Source: Octopus bimaculoides (lineage: Eukaryota). From it: a stretch of 39,427 nt of DNA. Shown piece after piece: positions 1 through 11,649 of this stretch (position 1 is the stretch's first letter; each line of letters opens with the position of its first letter). Under the pieces are notes generated by a model. That model searched no databases and was not told where the DNA came from. It saw only the letters and a list, made by a program, of their open reading frames with translations. The stretch lies in assembly GCF_001194135.2 (NCBI RefSeq), contig NC_068982.1, positions 32,459,311-32,498,737 of the forward strand. The letters run 5' to 3'. The position numbers were made by a program, and so were the translations under genes.

Positions 1-162
1 CGGGTGGCACATGAGATGCACCATTTTGAGCGTGGCCGTTTTCGTGCGGGTGACACGTAAAAGCACCCACTACACTCTCTGAGTGGTTGGCGTTAGGAAG
101 GGCATCCAGCTGTAGAAACTCTGCCAAATCAGACTGGAGCCTGGTGTTGCCATCCGGTTTCA
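1..162 (+). mobile_element. RTE-clade LINE 3' UTR fragment lacking its tail
   Basis: Nearly identical to 9636-9791 and 13375-13532 (gtaaaagcacccactacactctctgagtggttggcgttaggaagggcatccagctgtagaaac...), which follow RTE ORF2 C-termini. Confidence 0.8.
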
Positions 163-295
163 GACTAGATACTTATATATTAAAGAATTTTGATCCAGAT
201 ATTTTTTAAAGCTTCAGGAGTCATCTTTTTTAGTTTGAATATAGAATGCTAATCAAATATGCAAATGTGATGTTAATAATGGCTGTTATACTTAC

Positions 296-1189
296 AGGAG
301 TCCATTTTCTGAAAGTCCATTGATATCGAGACGGAGGTGGTTTGTTCTTAATTGGTGATTTGTCTTTGGTTTTGTTATTATCATGTGATACATTACTTGT
401 AACTGATTTATTTTTACTACCTTCTTTTGTGGGTCTGGATGTAGGAACTGAAGGTAGATCCTCTGTATGAATTTTATTTGTTTTGTTCTTATGGCCTTTT
501 CTGGTATCATTGCCAACGAAATTATCAGTGTGTTTATCACTGACATCACTTCTGTGGCCTGGACGCTGTTCTTTCTTTTTGCCTTTATTTGCATTTGACA
601 AAGTTGTTTTCAAAATTGATGGAGTTGTTGATAAAATATGTTTGGTCTTACTGCGTCTAGTGACTGGCCTTGTGGAAACAGCTAGTGAGGTAGCAATGCT
701 GCTAGTAGTAGTAGATACTGTAGTTTTTGCAGATGTTTTAGGTATGGTTTTCCTTGGAACGCCAAGAGTTGTTTTTCTTGTCAGAGTAGGTACAATTAGA
801 TTTGGTCGCACTGTTGAGGTTGTTTTTATAGTGGTTGTTGTTGGTGGTAATGTTGAAGTAGATGAAGGGGATGATGTTGTTGTTGTCGTCGTCGTCGTTG
901 TTGTCATCGTTGTTGTTGGTGTCGTTGTTGTTGGTGTTGTTGTTGTTGTGGTGGTTATTGCTGCTGTTGTTGGTACAGTTGTTGTCATTGGGGATGATGG
1001 CTGTGGCGATGAAGTGGATGAAGATTGTGAATCGGAGTTTAACTTATTTATCGTGGGGGGCAACATTTCTGTACATTCTTGTACATTACAATGTTTCTTG
1101 GAGCTTGGTTTTAGATCAAGATCACATAATTCCATACCAACACATGTAACATCTCGATAGTGAAAGCCTCCATCACATGATCTGGAACA
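296..1189 (-). CDS. ADAMTS7/12: ADAMTS7/12-like exon: TSR, mucin-like linker and start of the next TSR
   Basis: Acceptor tttattctcag|TGT and donor CCT|gtaagt. 894 nt, phase 0-0, no stops. Encodes CSRSCDGGFHYRDVTCVGMELC...HCNVQEC, about 250 aa of Thr/Ser/Pro/Lys-rich linker, then WTFRKWTP. Confidence 0.92.
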
Positions 1190-1694
1190 CTGAGAATAAA
1201 AGAATTTAATTTTAAAAAAAGCACAAAATGATAAAATTAAACAAGAACATTTTTTTTAGGATATGCTAAAAGTAATTTTAATTTGTGAAATTCTCTCAAA
1301 GTTAGAATCAACAGCTGTAAATACAGGCTTGTTTACATTATTTTATATCTTCCAAAAATAGAAACTGACAATGACAGAAAAAAAATAGATATTAAGAAGC
1401 AGCAAGAAATATTATTATTGTTACTCAAATTGAAACGAAAGAAAAATATTTCAAATATAACATTTCTTTTGGTTCTATACAAGGCTAATTTTTTTAGAAT
1501 ATGTTTCATGTGACTGAACTAACACCAGTTTTTTTTTAACGTTTATTTACTTTAATAAACCTCTAGATTTATTACAGGTGAAACTAATTCTAATAAGATT
1601 TGAATACAAGACTGAGAAGTTTAAAATTAAACACAGGTACTTTACTGTGTCAGCCTGTTCCACTATAGTAATAAGTTTTTTTTAGTACACCTAC

Positions 1695-1844
1695 CAAAGA
1701 CCAGTCACTGACAGACCAGTGTCCACATATCATGTTAGAGCAACGGACACTCGTGGCTAATTTTGTAGCATTGTTACATCCAATAATCGGATCTTCACAA
1801 ACAACCTCTCGTTTTTTCCAGCCACATGGATTATCCGTGCAAGT
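1695..1844 (-). CDS. ADAMTS7/12: ADAMTS7/12-like exon: atypical TSR
   Basis: Acceptor tttgtacaatttcag|ACT and donor TTG|gtaggt. 150 nt, phase 0-0. Encodes TCTDNPCGWKKREVVCEDPIIGCNNATKLATSVRCSNMICGHWSVSDWSL (six Cys, then the next WxxxxW). Confidence 0.85.
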
Positions 1845-2119
1845 CTGAAATTGTACAAAGAAAAGAATTGTAACATATTTGTCATACGTTTTTGTACTAT
1901 AAAATTTCATGCATAATACACAGTTTTCAATAAAAATCAGCATTAAAACTAGGGCTGCAGAAGGTTCATGATATTAGGTTGCAAATTTTCCCACCAAACA
2001 CAGCTACCACAACCACCACCACCATTTTTATTAAGAAAAATACCAAACTGTAATTAAGCCATAATATTTACGTTATTTTATCAAATATCAATATATCCTG
2101 CTTCATTGTTGTCTGCATA

Positions 2120-2335
2120 GTGCCAGAGTAAAGAAGTGCCAGGAGATTATTGTGGAAGAGGAACACTAGAAGTGATGAAGGCTGAACTCAGGGGGCTGAA
2201 CCTCAAAAAGAAAATGACAAAGGAATGCAAAAAGTGTTGTGATGGTGTGTTGGAGATGATTTGTCCAACCCATGCAAGTACGGAAAAGCAGACGTGAAAA
2301 TAATGATGCGGATGATAATGATGGCTATGAATGTG
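2120..2335 (+). mobile_element. Old RTE LINE 3' remnant
   Basis: Translates to KKCQEIIVE...EVMKAELRGLNLKKKMTKE, matching the RTE ORF2 end seen at 9101 and 12838. It is followed by a diverged gtccaacccatgc...gacgt(g)aaa-(gat)n tail. Confidence 0.55.
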
Positions 2336-2455
2336 ATGATGATTAGAATGAAAGTGCATTTTATCATTATTTCAGAGTGTAAATGAAAATATGTGGTCAC
2401 TTAGGATTAAGACTATTGACTTGAAAAATTGTTCTGAGGAGCATGTGTGTGTGTG

Positions 2456-2501
<46 letters not shown>

Positions 2502-3068
2502 TATTGATATGCATGCATGTATCTGCTAACCAAATATTACTTATTATATAAAGTGATAACTGGAGTTATTATTAGAATAATCCAGAACACACACACACAC
2601 ATATATTAAAGATCGCAAAATCGGATAATGAAAGCAGGCAGTCTCATCGGCATCTGGTCCCATCTGCATCCCAATGCATGGCATGTTATAGATGATAGAA
2701 TGGATCAAGCTCATAATAAAAACAAGTTTTATAAATATATTGGGAGGTTTGTTTGTTGCAGATTCATCCAATATGTTTTTATAATAGCATGTAAAACCTC
2801 TATGGAAATCATCGCACACATTGTTGTTAAATAGTTTCAGACAAGTTCTTTACCAAACAGTAGAACTGACGCAGAATTATTACATTGCAATATTCAAACA
2901 GATATTACAATCTATGAGAAAAATAGTTATTCTTGTTTGGTATCTATATTGCACATGTTTACTTTTAATCATATAGGATGAAAATAAGAGATTTAAAATG
3001 CATATGTGTGTGCGCCCAATATGCAGTCACGTGTGTTACAGCTCATCTGTATGTGTGTATGTACGCAT

Positions 3069-3110
<42 letters not shown>

Positions 3111-3260
3111 GTGTGAGTGTGTGTGCACGTATTCTTTAACTGTTTCAATCATTCTGACTGTGATAAATTTTTTGTTTTTTATTGTTCAAAAGGATTTTGC
3201 TAGCTTGCCATCAGGCTAAATACTCATGATGGTGTGTATACATATATATATATATAATAT

Positions 3261-3722
3261 ATCATCATCATCATCGTCGTCGTTTAACGTCCGCTTTCCA
3301 TGCTAGCATGGGTTGGACGATTTGACTGAGGACTGGTGAAACCAGATGGCTACACTAGGCTCCAATCTGATTTGGCAGAGCTTCTACAGCTGGATGCCCT
3401 TCCTAACGCCAACCACTCAGAGAGTGTAGTGAGTGCTTTTACATGCCACTGGCACGAAGGCCAGTCAGGCGGTACTCAAAATAGTGTATTTTATGTGCCA
3501 CCCACACAAGAGCCAGTCCAGGGGCACTGGCAACGATCTCGCTCGAAAGTCCTTACACATGCTGCGGGCACAAGTGGCAGAAAGGCGTCGCTGGGCACAG
3601 GTGCCATCACAAATTCGCTTTCGCTTGCCCCAATAAGTCTTCGCAAGCTGAGTTCCGTGTCCAATGAGGGAGACTACGTTGGCATGGGTGCCAGTCGTCA
3701 AATTTAACTCGATTTCGATTTC
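3261..3722 (-). mobile_element. RTE LINE 3' UTR with (GAT)n tail
   Basis: Reverse complement of the shared 3' end ...aaatcgtccaacccatgctagcatggaaagcggacgttaaac(gat)n. The 5' part runs up to a (TA)n and gap. Confidence 0.85.
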
Positions 3723-6037
3723 ACTATATATATATATATATANNNNNNNNNNNNNNNNNNNNNNNNNNNNNNNNNNNNNNNNNNNNNNNNNNNNNNNNNN
3801 NNNNNNNNNNNNNNNNNNNNNNNNNNNNNNNNNNNNNNNNNNNNNNNNNNNNNNNNNNNNNNNNNNNNNNNNNNNNNNNNNNNNNNNNNNNNNNNNNNNN
3901 NNNNNNNNNNNNNNNNNNNNNNNNNNNNNNNNNNNNNNNNNNNNNNNNNNNNNNNNNNNNNNNNNNNNNNNNNNNNNNNNNNNNNNNNNNNNNNNNNNNN
4001 NNNNNNNNNNNNNNNNNNNNNNNNNNNNNNNNNNNNNTATATATATATATATATATATATATTCACATACCTGTACATATATATGCATATACTCATTTAT
4101 TATTTGTTTTACATGATCGAATGCCTGCGTCATCCCTGTTGTAAGTAGTTTTTTCAATTTTATATTTTCTGACGAGACTCTTTCTCTTTCTCTATCACTT
4201 TTTCCCCCCTCCCGTTCTTCCTCTGTTACTACTACGTATCTCTCTTTACCCTCTCGTTCTTCCTTATGTTACTACTATATCTCTCTCTTTCCCCTCTCGT
4301 TCTTCCTTCTGTTACTACTATATTCCTCTCTTTCTCTCGTTGCTCACCTATTCTTCTACTTCCTCCCCTTATTTCTCCCTCTACCACTCTATCTTCCTTA
4401 CCCTTCCCTGGTCACATGCTTCTGTTCACTAATCCTTTTCTTCCTTGGCTATCGCCGAGCAAACACGCGAACTTACTTCTTCCTGACTTTCAAGTCGTGC
4501 CTCACAGCGTTCATATATACACATAATTTTTCACGTCTGGCCGCATAGCCTTTTCCTGTCTTGTTTTCTTTTCCGTTTGTTTTCCTGTCTTGTTTTTTGT
4601 CTGCCACTACATTCTTCCATGGCACAGGTTTAATTTGTGTATACAAATTTAATTTCCGGTCCATGGGAAGAGCCGTTTTAACGATGCGTCCTGCCCAACT
4701 CTCCGAAACGCTGGTGTTAAAATGTGGGTAGCTGATGAAAGAAAATGTTCTCTATGTGGCTTGTGTGTTTTCTGTACTCTGGTTATTATTATTTTCTTGT
4801 CTACGTTTTGTTTGCAATGTCCTGTACCCAGATATGCACCTATGTATACAGGTAGACGTGGGTATGCACATACTTGTACGTATATATGCATATACTCATT
4901 TATTATTTGTGTTATATATATTTGTTCATATGATGATATCTCTACAATGTGTTGATGATGAGAAAAACATGTAATCGCTACCAATATAGCAAGAGATTTC
5001 TCCGCAAAAAGTCTAAAGTAGACGCCTTAAGGATCGTTCTCCTTGGTTATATATCTAAAATTTTAAATTTAAAAGAGAGTTTTGACGTTGATATCCATTA
5101 TTATTGAAATTTATTCCTATGTCAACATTTCTGTATAAGGCTATATTTAACTGTCAAATTCAAGTCAAACATATAAATTGCTTTACACATCTTCAGGGAA
5201 AAAAAGTTAAGAACAAAAGGTAAACACCAAAACATCGTCTCTAAGTCCAGTTCATATTCAAATTTCTCCTTAAATAACTCGTTAAATAAATTCCTCCTTA
5301 AATAAAGGTCCGTTAAAGGGAGACAACCCCTCATAATACTATTATGGATCATGTTTTGTATTTTTAATGGCTTAAATCAGAGGTAAAAGAACTGCAGCTA
5401 TACCACCTTTGTAGAGCCTCAGAGACTAGTGTGAGAACAGAGGTGAGTTGTCTTTAGATATGAGACAATGCTTAAATGCTTGCAACAGAGTTAAATCTAT
5501 TTAATGCAATTAAAAGAAATCTCTCTGTACACATGTGTGTATGTACATATTCATGTAAGTATACAAGTTGCTGAGAAATGCTTAAGGTTAAGATTGTTTG
5601 TGAAAGCTGGTATCTCTCACCTGAAAATTCTTTATTCACTAGCCTAAGAAACTTAATGAGATTCAACTAATTAGGGAAGGTGTAATAATATCTGCCATGA
5701 TGGTAGCATTAATAACTTTACTATACTTATTATTTGAATAAGTAATGAAAATAAAAGAGTAGTTAGCAATCTACTTCTTTCCCTTTTGTACTTTTTTTTT
5801 TGATATGTTGTACAGTTATTTAGATGTTTTTATCTAAAATGCAGTATTTTCATATCTAAAGGATGATTCTTTGCTGCATGGTATATCATACATAAATAAA
5901 GTTATCTAATTCTGAGATAGAAAAATATGTAAAGGTTAAAAATAGGATATAGCAGCCCACCTTTGGATATATCTCTTTTCAGGCCTGATGGATATTTTTC
6001 CATATCACTGACTGTTAACACCGTTATGCTAACTTAA

Positions 6038-6366
6038 ACCTTTAGCATCTAAACTAGCCATAACAGGCCCAAATATTCTACCTTGTTTTATGTTGAAACT
6101 GGCCAGATCCAGCATCTTACACTTATTCTACAGGGTGTCCACAAAGTCTGGGTACATGGGGATTAACACATGGTTTAAGAAATTATTATTTCTTATATTT
6201 AATTGTTTATGCTATGATTTTATTTACTCCATGTACCCAGTCTTTGTGGACACCCTGTACAATACCATTCAATAAATGCAGTCACATCTACATCTTGAAG
6301 CTTCAAGATAATGCATGATTAATAACGAAGCATTACATTTGACAGAGAAATTTAAATGCCAAAGGG
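6038..6366. mobile_element. piggyBac-type MITE
   Basis: TTAA on both flanks (6034-6037, 6367-6370). Termini ACCTTTAGCATCTAAA and TTTAAATGCCAAAGGG form an imperfect 16-bp terminal inverted repeat (TIR) with the CCCT-type piggyBac end. Confidence 0.65.
6131..6257. mobile_element. Tc1/mariner-type MITE, 127 bp
   Basis: 29-bp TIR CAGGGTGTCCACAAAGTCTGGGTACATGG with one mismatch between arms, and TA target duplications at 6129-6130 and 6258-6259. A second copy lies at 15788. Confidence 0.88.
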
Positions 6367-7170
6367 TTAAATCTGACTGAACAATCTCTCAGTCTTCAAA
6401 CTCTTTTCCTGGAGCAATGTGATGTGAAATGTCTTGCCCAATAACACAATGCACCAACTGGAACTGGAAGCAAAGCCCATGAACTAACAATTGAGAGCTT
6501 GGTTGCTTTAAAACTAGACCATGTTTCCATTTCAAAAGAGAGAGAGAGAGAGAAATTGCAGTAAGTCTCGTGTTTATTTGGCCACCTAGACTTTTTTGCT
6601 AATGTAAAATATAAAATTATAGATTATGTCATAGGTAAACAAACATAAGTTTGTTTTTGAAGCATTGAAATGTATTGTAGAACAAGTAGAAAGATATATT
6701 TTTCCAGCACATAAATACTGAACAGTATTTATAAAGGATAAAATCCTTTTAAGAGCAGAAAAATTTGTCTGCAATTTTTTCTGCTCTTAAAAGAATTTTA
6801 TCCTTTATATATACTGTTAAGTATTTACATTTGGAAAAGTGTATCTTTCTTCTTGTTATAAAACTATAGATTTCTATATTCAAAAACTAATAAAAAGTTA
6901 AGAATTTTATGGAAAATCCCTAACACAGACATTCACCCTGTTTCTTTAACCAATACTAATTTATAAATTATTTAATAGAAGGAAAATTGAACTGATATTA
7001 TTCATTGAATTAATTTATTCCTTATATAACCAAATTATTATCAAATAAGGATTACAGCATTTAAAAAAAAAAAACAATGCTATAAGAAGGCCCCACAGTG
7101 CACTCACCTATACATATCCATACAACTATTTCTAAATTCTTTCTTGAAGTCAACAATAAAATATACTTAC

Positions 7171-7390
7171 ATCATCCCATGGACTACTAATCCATCGAGT
7201 AACTTTAGGACAAAGGACATCTGTATGGTGACATTCTTTCTCATGATTTGGCTTTTTCTGCCCAACACATGCTGAATCATCCAGGGCCATTTGTTCTTTG
7301 TCACCAAAACTTCTCACACACATCACTGTTCGCCGTTGCACCCCTGAGCCACAGGTTACAGAGCAATGTTGCCATGGGCCTTCCCACCAC
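7171..7390 (-). CDS. ADAMTS7/12: ADAMTS7/12-like exon: TSR
   Basis: Acceptor ttttcttcaag|G and donor GATGAT|gtaagt. 220 nt, phase 2 to 0. Encodes WWEGPWQHCSVTCGSGVQRRTVMCVRSFGDKEQMALDDSACVGQKKPNHEKECHHTDVLCPKVTRWISSPWDD. The CVRS..EQ.AL...AC segment is, as I recall it, characteristic of the third TSR of vertebrate ADAMTS7/12. Confidence 0.93.
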
Positions 7391-7652
7391 CTTGAAGAAA
7401 ATTTTGTAAAACATTTCTTAAAAAAAGTGTTTATAAAAAAAATAGCAAATTCAATAAGATGTCTCAAATATATGATATCAAACTAAGTTTGGTTATGAAA
7501 TGCAAATGTTTTTAAACAAAATTATTTCTGTTTTATTCTAAATTTGACTTATTCAAGTCATCTACTCAATGTGTGCTAAATTACAGAGCATGAAATATTT
7601 GTATTTTATAATCAACAGCATCTGTACAGATATATCCTGTATTCATACACAC

Positions 7653-7701
<49 letters not shown>

Positions 7702-7845
7702 TAGTATACACATACATTCATATTACATATATACATAAATATATACACATAGTTTACATATACATACATATGAACACACACACACACATATATAGATTTA
7801 CATATATATATGCATACATATATATATGTATACATATATATATAC

Positions 7846-7876
<31 letters not shown>

Positions 7877-8603
7877 AACACACACATGTATAAAGAGAAA
7901 AAGGAAGAGTGGGGAACAAGATAGCAATTTCCTTCAATAAATGATCATTCTTACTGAATTCTTTGAAAAGAAGAGAAAAATAAGTTACAATACTGATATT
8001 TGTTTCAATGAAATCATTCCAGCCAAGAATCAAAGCTGGGTCACAGACACAATGTGCCATGAACTTAGTGCCAATCCATAATTCTCACCTCATTAATTGA
8101 ACAGATGAAATTGATTGTGATTAAAATTATGGCTTCTTTACACTTACCCATTCCTTCAGTGATTTAATATAATAATCTGCATTCATTGTTTAATTGAATT
8201 CATTGATTAATCTTTTGCATTGTTTATATCAATTTTTAATAAATTGTTAGCAACAAATTTACTTTAGTAGTACAATGGCTGTGAAGTTAAAGCACTTGAT
8301 GACTTTCATGTAGTAAAGAGCAAAATCATTATTCCTATACAACCAGTAGATCTATGGTCAAAGATGTTCCAGCCAGGCCTGCCCCATTTTTATCCAGCCA
8401 TGGTATAAATAGGATGATGTAATTCAACATTATAACTGTTAGCTCTGAAGAACACAGTATTACACAATCAGGCTGTTATTTAACATCCAGTGTGAAACCA
8501 ATTGTTAAGATAGGCTATAATGGGTACATAATACACTACACTTTGATATGTGTATGTGTGTGTGTGTGTGTATGTGTGTGTGTGTGTGTATGTATATATA
8601 TAC

Positions 8604-8641
<38 letters not shown>

Positions 8642-9055
8642 CTGTGTATGTATATGTGCATCTAGGCACAACCACAAAAGAAATTTTTGTCTAAGTATTG
8701 TCTTCTTTTCAATCTCTACTTCCTTTTCTTTCTCTTAACAGTTACAACAGCGAAGGCTCATTACGTCATTTTCTCTAAACTAGAATGTATAATTTCCATG
8801 TTCATATTTGAATTTTTTGCGTTTCAATAAATTTTTGTCTGTTTTTACTCATTCTCGAATTTCATGGACGTATAGTGGTATGTGAGCCGATTCAGGAAAT
8901 CTCTCATGACACTTTTTATCAATGTACCCGAAGAAACTCAGAATGGGTCGAAACATGTGTCATACCCAATAAAATCTTTTACTCATTCCATCTTTTTTAT
9001 TAATATTGTTATATATATAGTGGACTAACCATATATGTATATGAATGTGTATATA

Positions 9056-9098
<43 letters not shown>

Positions 9099-9099
<1 letters not shown>

Positions 9100-9868
9100 G
9101 TTGTGGCGTGCAAGAGAGACGATTGCGCTGGTATGGACATGTGGTGAGAATGGAGGAGGATAGCTGTGTGTAAAAGTGCCACACCCTAACAGTTGAGGGA
9201 ACCCGTGGAAGAGGTAGGCCCAGGAAGACCTGGGCTGAGGTGGTGAGGCAAGACCTTCGTACATTGGGCCTCACTGAGGCGATGACTACTGACCGAGACC
9301 TTTGGAAATGTGCTGTGCGTNNNNNNNNNNNNNNNNNNNNNNNNNNNNNNNNNNNNNNNNNNNNNNNNNNNNNNNNNNNNNNNNNNNNNNNNNNNNNNNN
9401 NNNNNNNNNNNNNNNNNNNNNNNNNNNNNNNNNNNNNNNNNNNNNNNNNNNNNNNNNNNNNNNNNNNNNNNNNNNNNNNNNNNNNNNNNNNNNNNNNNNN
9501 NNNNNNNNNNNNNNNNNNNNNNNNNNNNNNNNNNNNNNNNNNNNNNNNNNNNNNNNNNNNNNNNNNNNNNNNNNNNNNNNNNNNNNNNNNNNNNNNNNNN
9601 NNNNNNNNNNNNNNNNNNNNNNNNNNNNNNNNNNNGGCACATAAAAGACACCATTTCGAGCGTGGCCGTTTTCGTGCGGGTGACACGTAAAAGCACCCAC
9701 TACACTCTCTGAGTGGTTGGCGTTAGGAAGGGCATCCAGCTGTAGAAACTCTGCCAAATCAGACTGGAGCCTGGTGTTGCCATCCGGTTTCACCAGTCCT
9801 CAGTCAAATCGTCCAACCCATGCTAGCATGGAAAGCAGACGTTAAACGATGATGATGATGATGATGAT
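9099..9868 (+). mobile_element. 5'-truncated RTE-clade LINE (ORF2 C-terminus, 3' UTR, (GAT)n tail)
   Basis: Encodes GVQERRLRWYGHVVRMEEDSCV..CHTLTVEGTRGRGRPRKTWAEVVRQDLRTLGLTEAMTTDRDLWKCAV, the RTE RLRW-GHV-R / GRPRKTW motif. It has a gap at 9321-9635 and ends gacgttaaac(gat)n. Confidence 0.9.
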
Positions 9869-11239
9869 ATGTGTGTGTGTGTGTGTGAATACACACACAC
9901 ACGCAACAGGCTTCCACACAGTTTCCATCAACTAAATTCACCCACAAGGCACTGGTTGGCCTATGGCTATAGCAGAACCAAACCTATGTGGTTGCATAGT
10001 GAGATTCTTAATGATGCAGCCAAGTCAATACCTATACATATATATATCCTAGTAATAATGCCTACACTTATTACCTACTTCAAAGAGACAGCAATATATT
10101 CTAATGTCACTTCATCCTGAAGTTAATACCACAAAGGCTGAGGCTGGATTTGGCAAGTATACTATTCAATATACACTGCAAAATATGAAACAATCTTGAT
10201 AAAAAGGATAAAAATAGAACTGGTTTAAATTTTCAATACATCTAAAAGAAAAGATGTTTCTGATGGTTGGATGGATGGATGAAAGCAACACATACATATA
10301 TAGCATCTCCTTATACATAAAAACATTGCAGACCATACAACCACATATAAACATATGCACAGCTCATACAGTTTTGTTGGAGACATTGTGATTGCTATTC
10401 TTTTGATAAATGCTAATTTTAACCATCAAGTGAGTTTGTTCCTTGATTTATTTCCAGTCTACCTGCTTGTTACATAGATGCTAACCACTAATGCTTGAGT
10501 CTGATTGTCAGTAACAACACCGGCATTGATTCCAAATTATTATCGCTGAACTCCCCCAAACGAGCTGCTACTGGAGTTCTTATTAGCATTCTCTTATATG
10601 AAATTACATAAAACCTATATCCACACTTCAAAACATTGGTGTTTATATACAAACGCATGCATACAACAAGCAAGTTACCAAACTGACACAAATACATACA
10701 CATTCATATAGTCTTATATTACTAAATATATGCTGCATATTATTTGATTTTGTTATCACAGGTATTATTTCTGTAGAAAATTGTCAGTGTGTGATGTGAT
10801 GTTTTCAAAAATTATTTCTGTACCAATTTTCCTGTAGTGTTTCTCATGCTTTTTTTTTTCTTTAATTTTATCATTTTCCTTTTACTTACTTTTCATGCAT
10901 AATTCAAGATTATAGTCTCAGATCAAAAAGTATAAATTTTCTAAAACACCTTATTGTCATTATTCTGATTCATTTTACTGATCTACTTTCATTGCTAATC
11001 ATCGTTTCTCATTGGAAAACAGTGTTACTTCAGGATTAGGTTATGCATCAGATTTCCCATATATCAAGCTTTCACCTGACATTTATACATGGATCCATGG
11101 CTTTCTAAACAAAATAATCTTTGAAACTCTGATTTCTTGACAGAGAAATTTTTAGAAGGAAATGGTAACATTGTCTAGCCCCTATAAAATTGTTCCATTT
11201 CCATTTTGTTGAAAACCTCCAAAAGCAGTATGGTATATA

Positions 11240-11398
11240 TCACAATTATACTAGTAGTAATACTCTTTTACTCTTTTACTTGTTTCAGTCATTTGACAGC
11301 GGCCATGCTGGAGCACGCCTTTAGTCAAGAAAATCAACCCCAGGACTTATTCTATCGGTCTCTTTTTTCCGAACCGCTAAGTTACAGGGAAATGTTTA
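11240..11398 (-). mobile_element. 3' part of a tRNA-derived SINE (family whose heads lie at 12608, 15000, 24885)
   Basis: Reverse complement matches the + strand tail at about 27820-27975 (gaccgatagaataag...ccagcatggccgc.gtc.aatgactgaaacaa). Confidence 0.6.
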
Positions 11399-11573
11399 TA
11401 ATAATAAATTCAAATTACGACAAACGTAAATAAACAAACGAAGTTTGCTTTTAGAAGCATTGAGATGTCTTAGAAAGTTAAAGAAGTGATTTTAAATTCT
11501 CAATCGCAGAATAATGCTATTAATATAGCCTGAACAGGATAAACTACCCCTATTTTGCAGAGAAAAGTGTAGG

Positions 11574-11649
11574 TGGCTAGCTGTGGACTCGAACTCGCAT
11601 CCCCGTGATTACGCGTCATGATGCTTTGACTGATTAAGCTAAACTACCC
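11574..11649 (-). pseudogene. tRNA-Thr(CGU)-like sequence (pseudogene or SINE head)
   Basis: 76 nt GGGTAGTTTAGCTTAATCAGTCAAAGC...CGCGTAA...GAGTTCGAGTCC...GCTAGCCA. Acceptor stem 6/7, perfect GCTT/AAGC D-stem, CGT anticodon loop and A/B boxes. The T-stem is degenerate and position 33 is G, so it is not a functional tRNA. Confidence 0.6.

Noticed and set aside
483-1160. 225-aa Val-rich ORF on + (also 862-1149 and 292-594 on -)
   Set aside because: These are antisense or alternate-frame shadows of the Thr-repeat mucin exon. They have no independent splice or domain evidence.
3465-4157. Long ORFs spanning N runs (also 8960-9793, 12931-13454, 26851-27805, 30286-30798)
   Set aside because: They are open only because N codons are not stops. 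The flanks are microsatellite or LINE UTR.
5000-5360. Minus-strand peptide LPLTDLYL...DDVLV faintly like a Penelope RT
   Set aside because: The similarity is too weak and frameshifted to support without a profile search.
7569-8060. YI/VC/HT-rich ORFs here and at 19634-20136, 20853-21361, 22123-22693, 25892-26089
   Set aside because: They are translations of (TA)n/(CA)n microsatellites.
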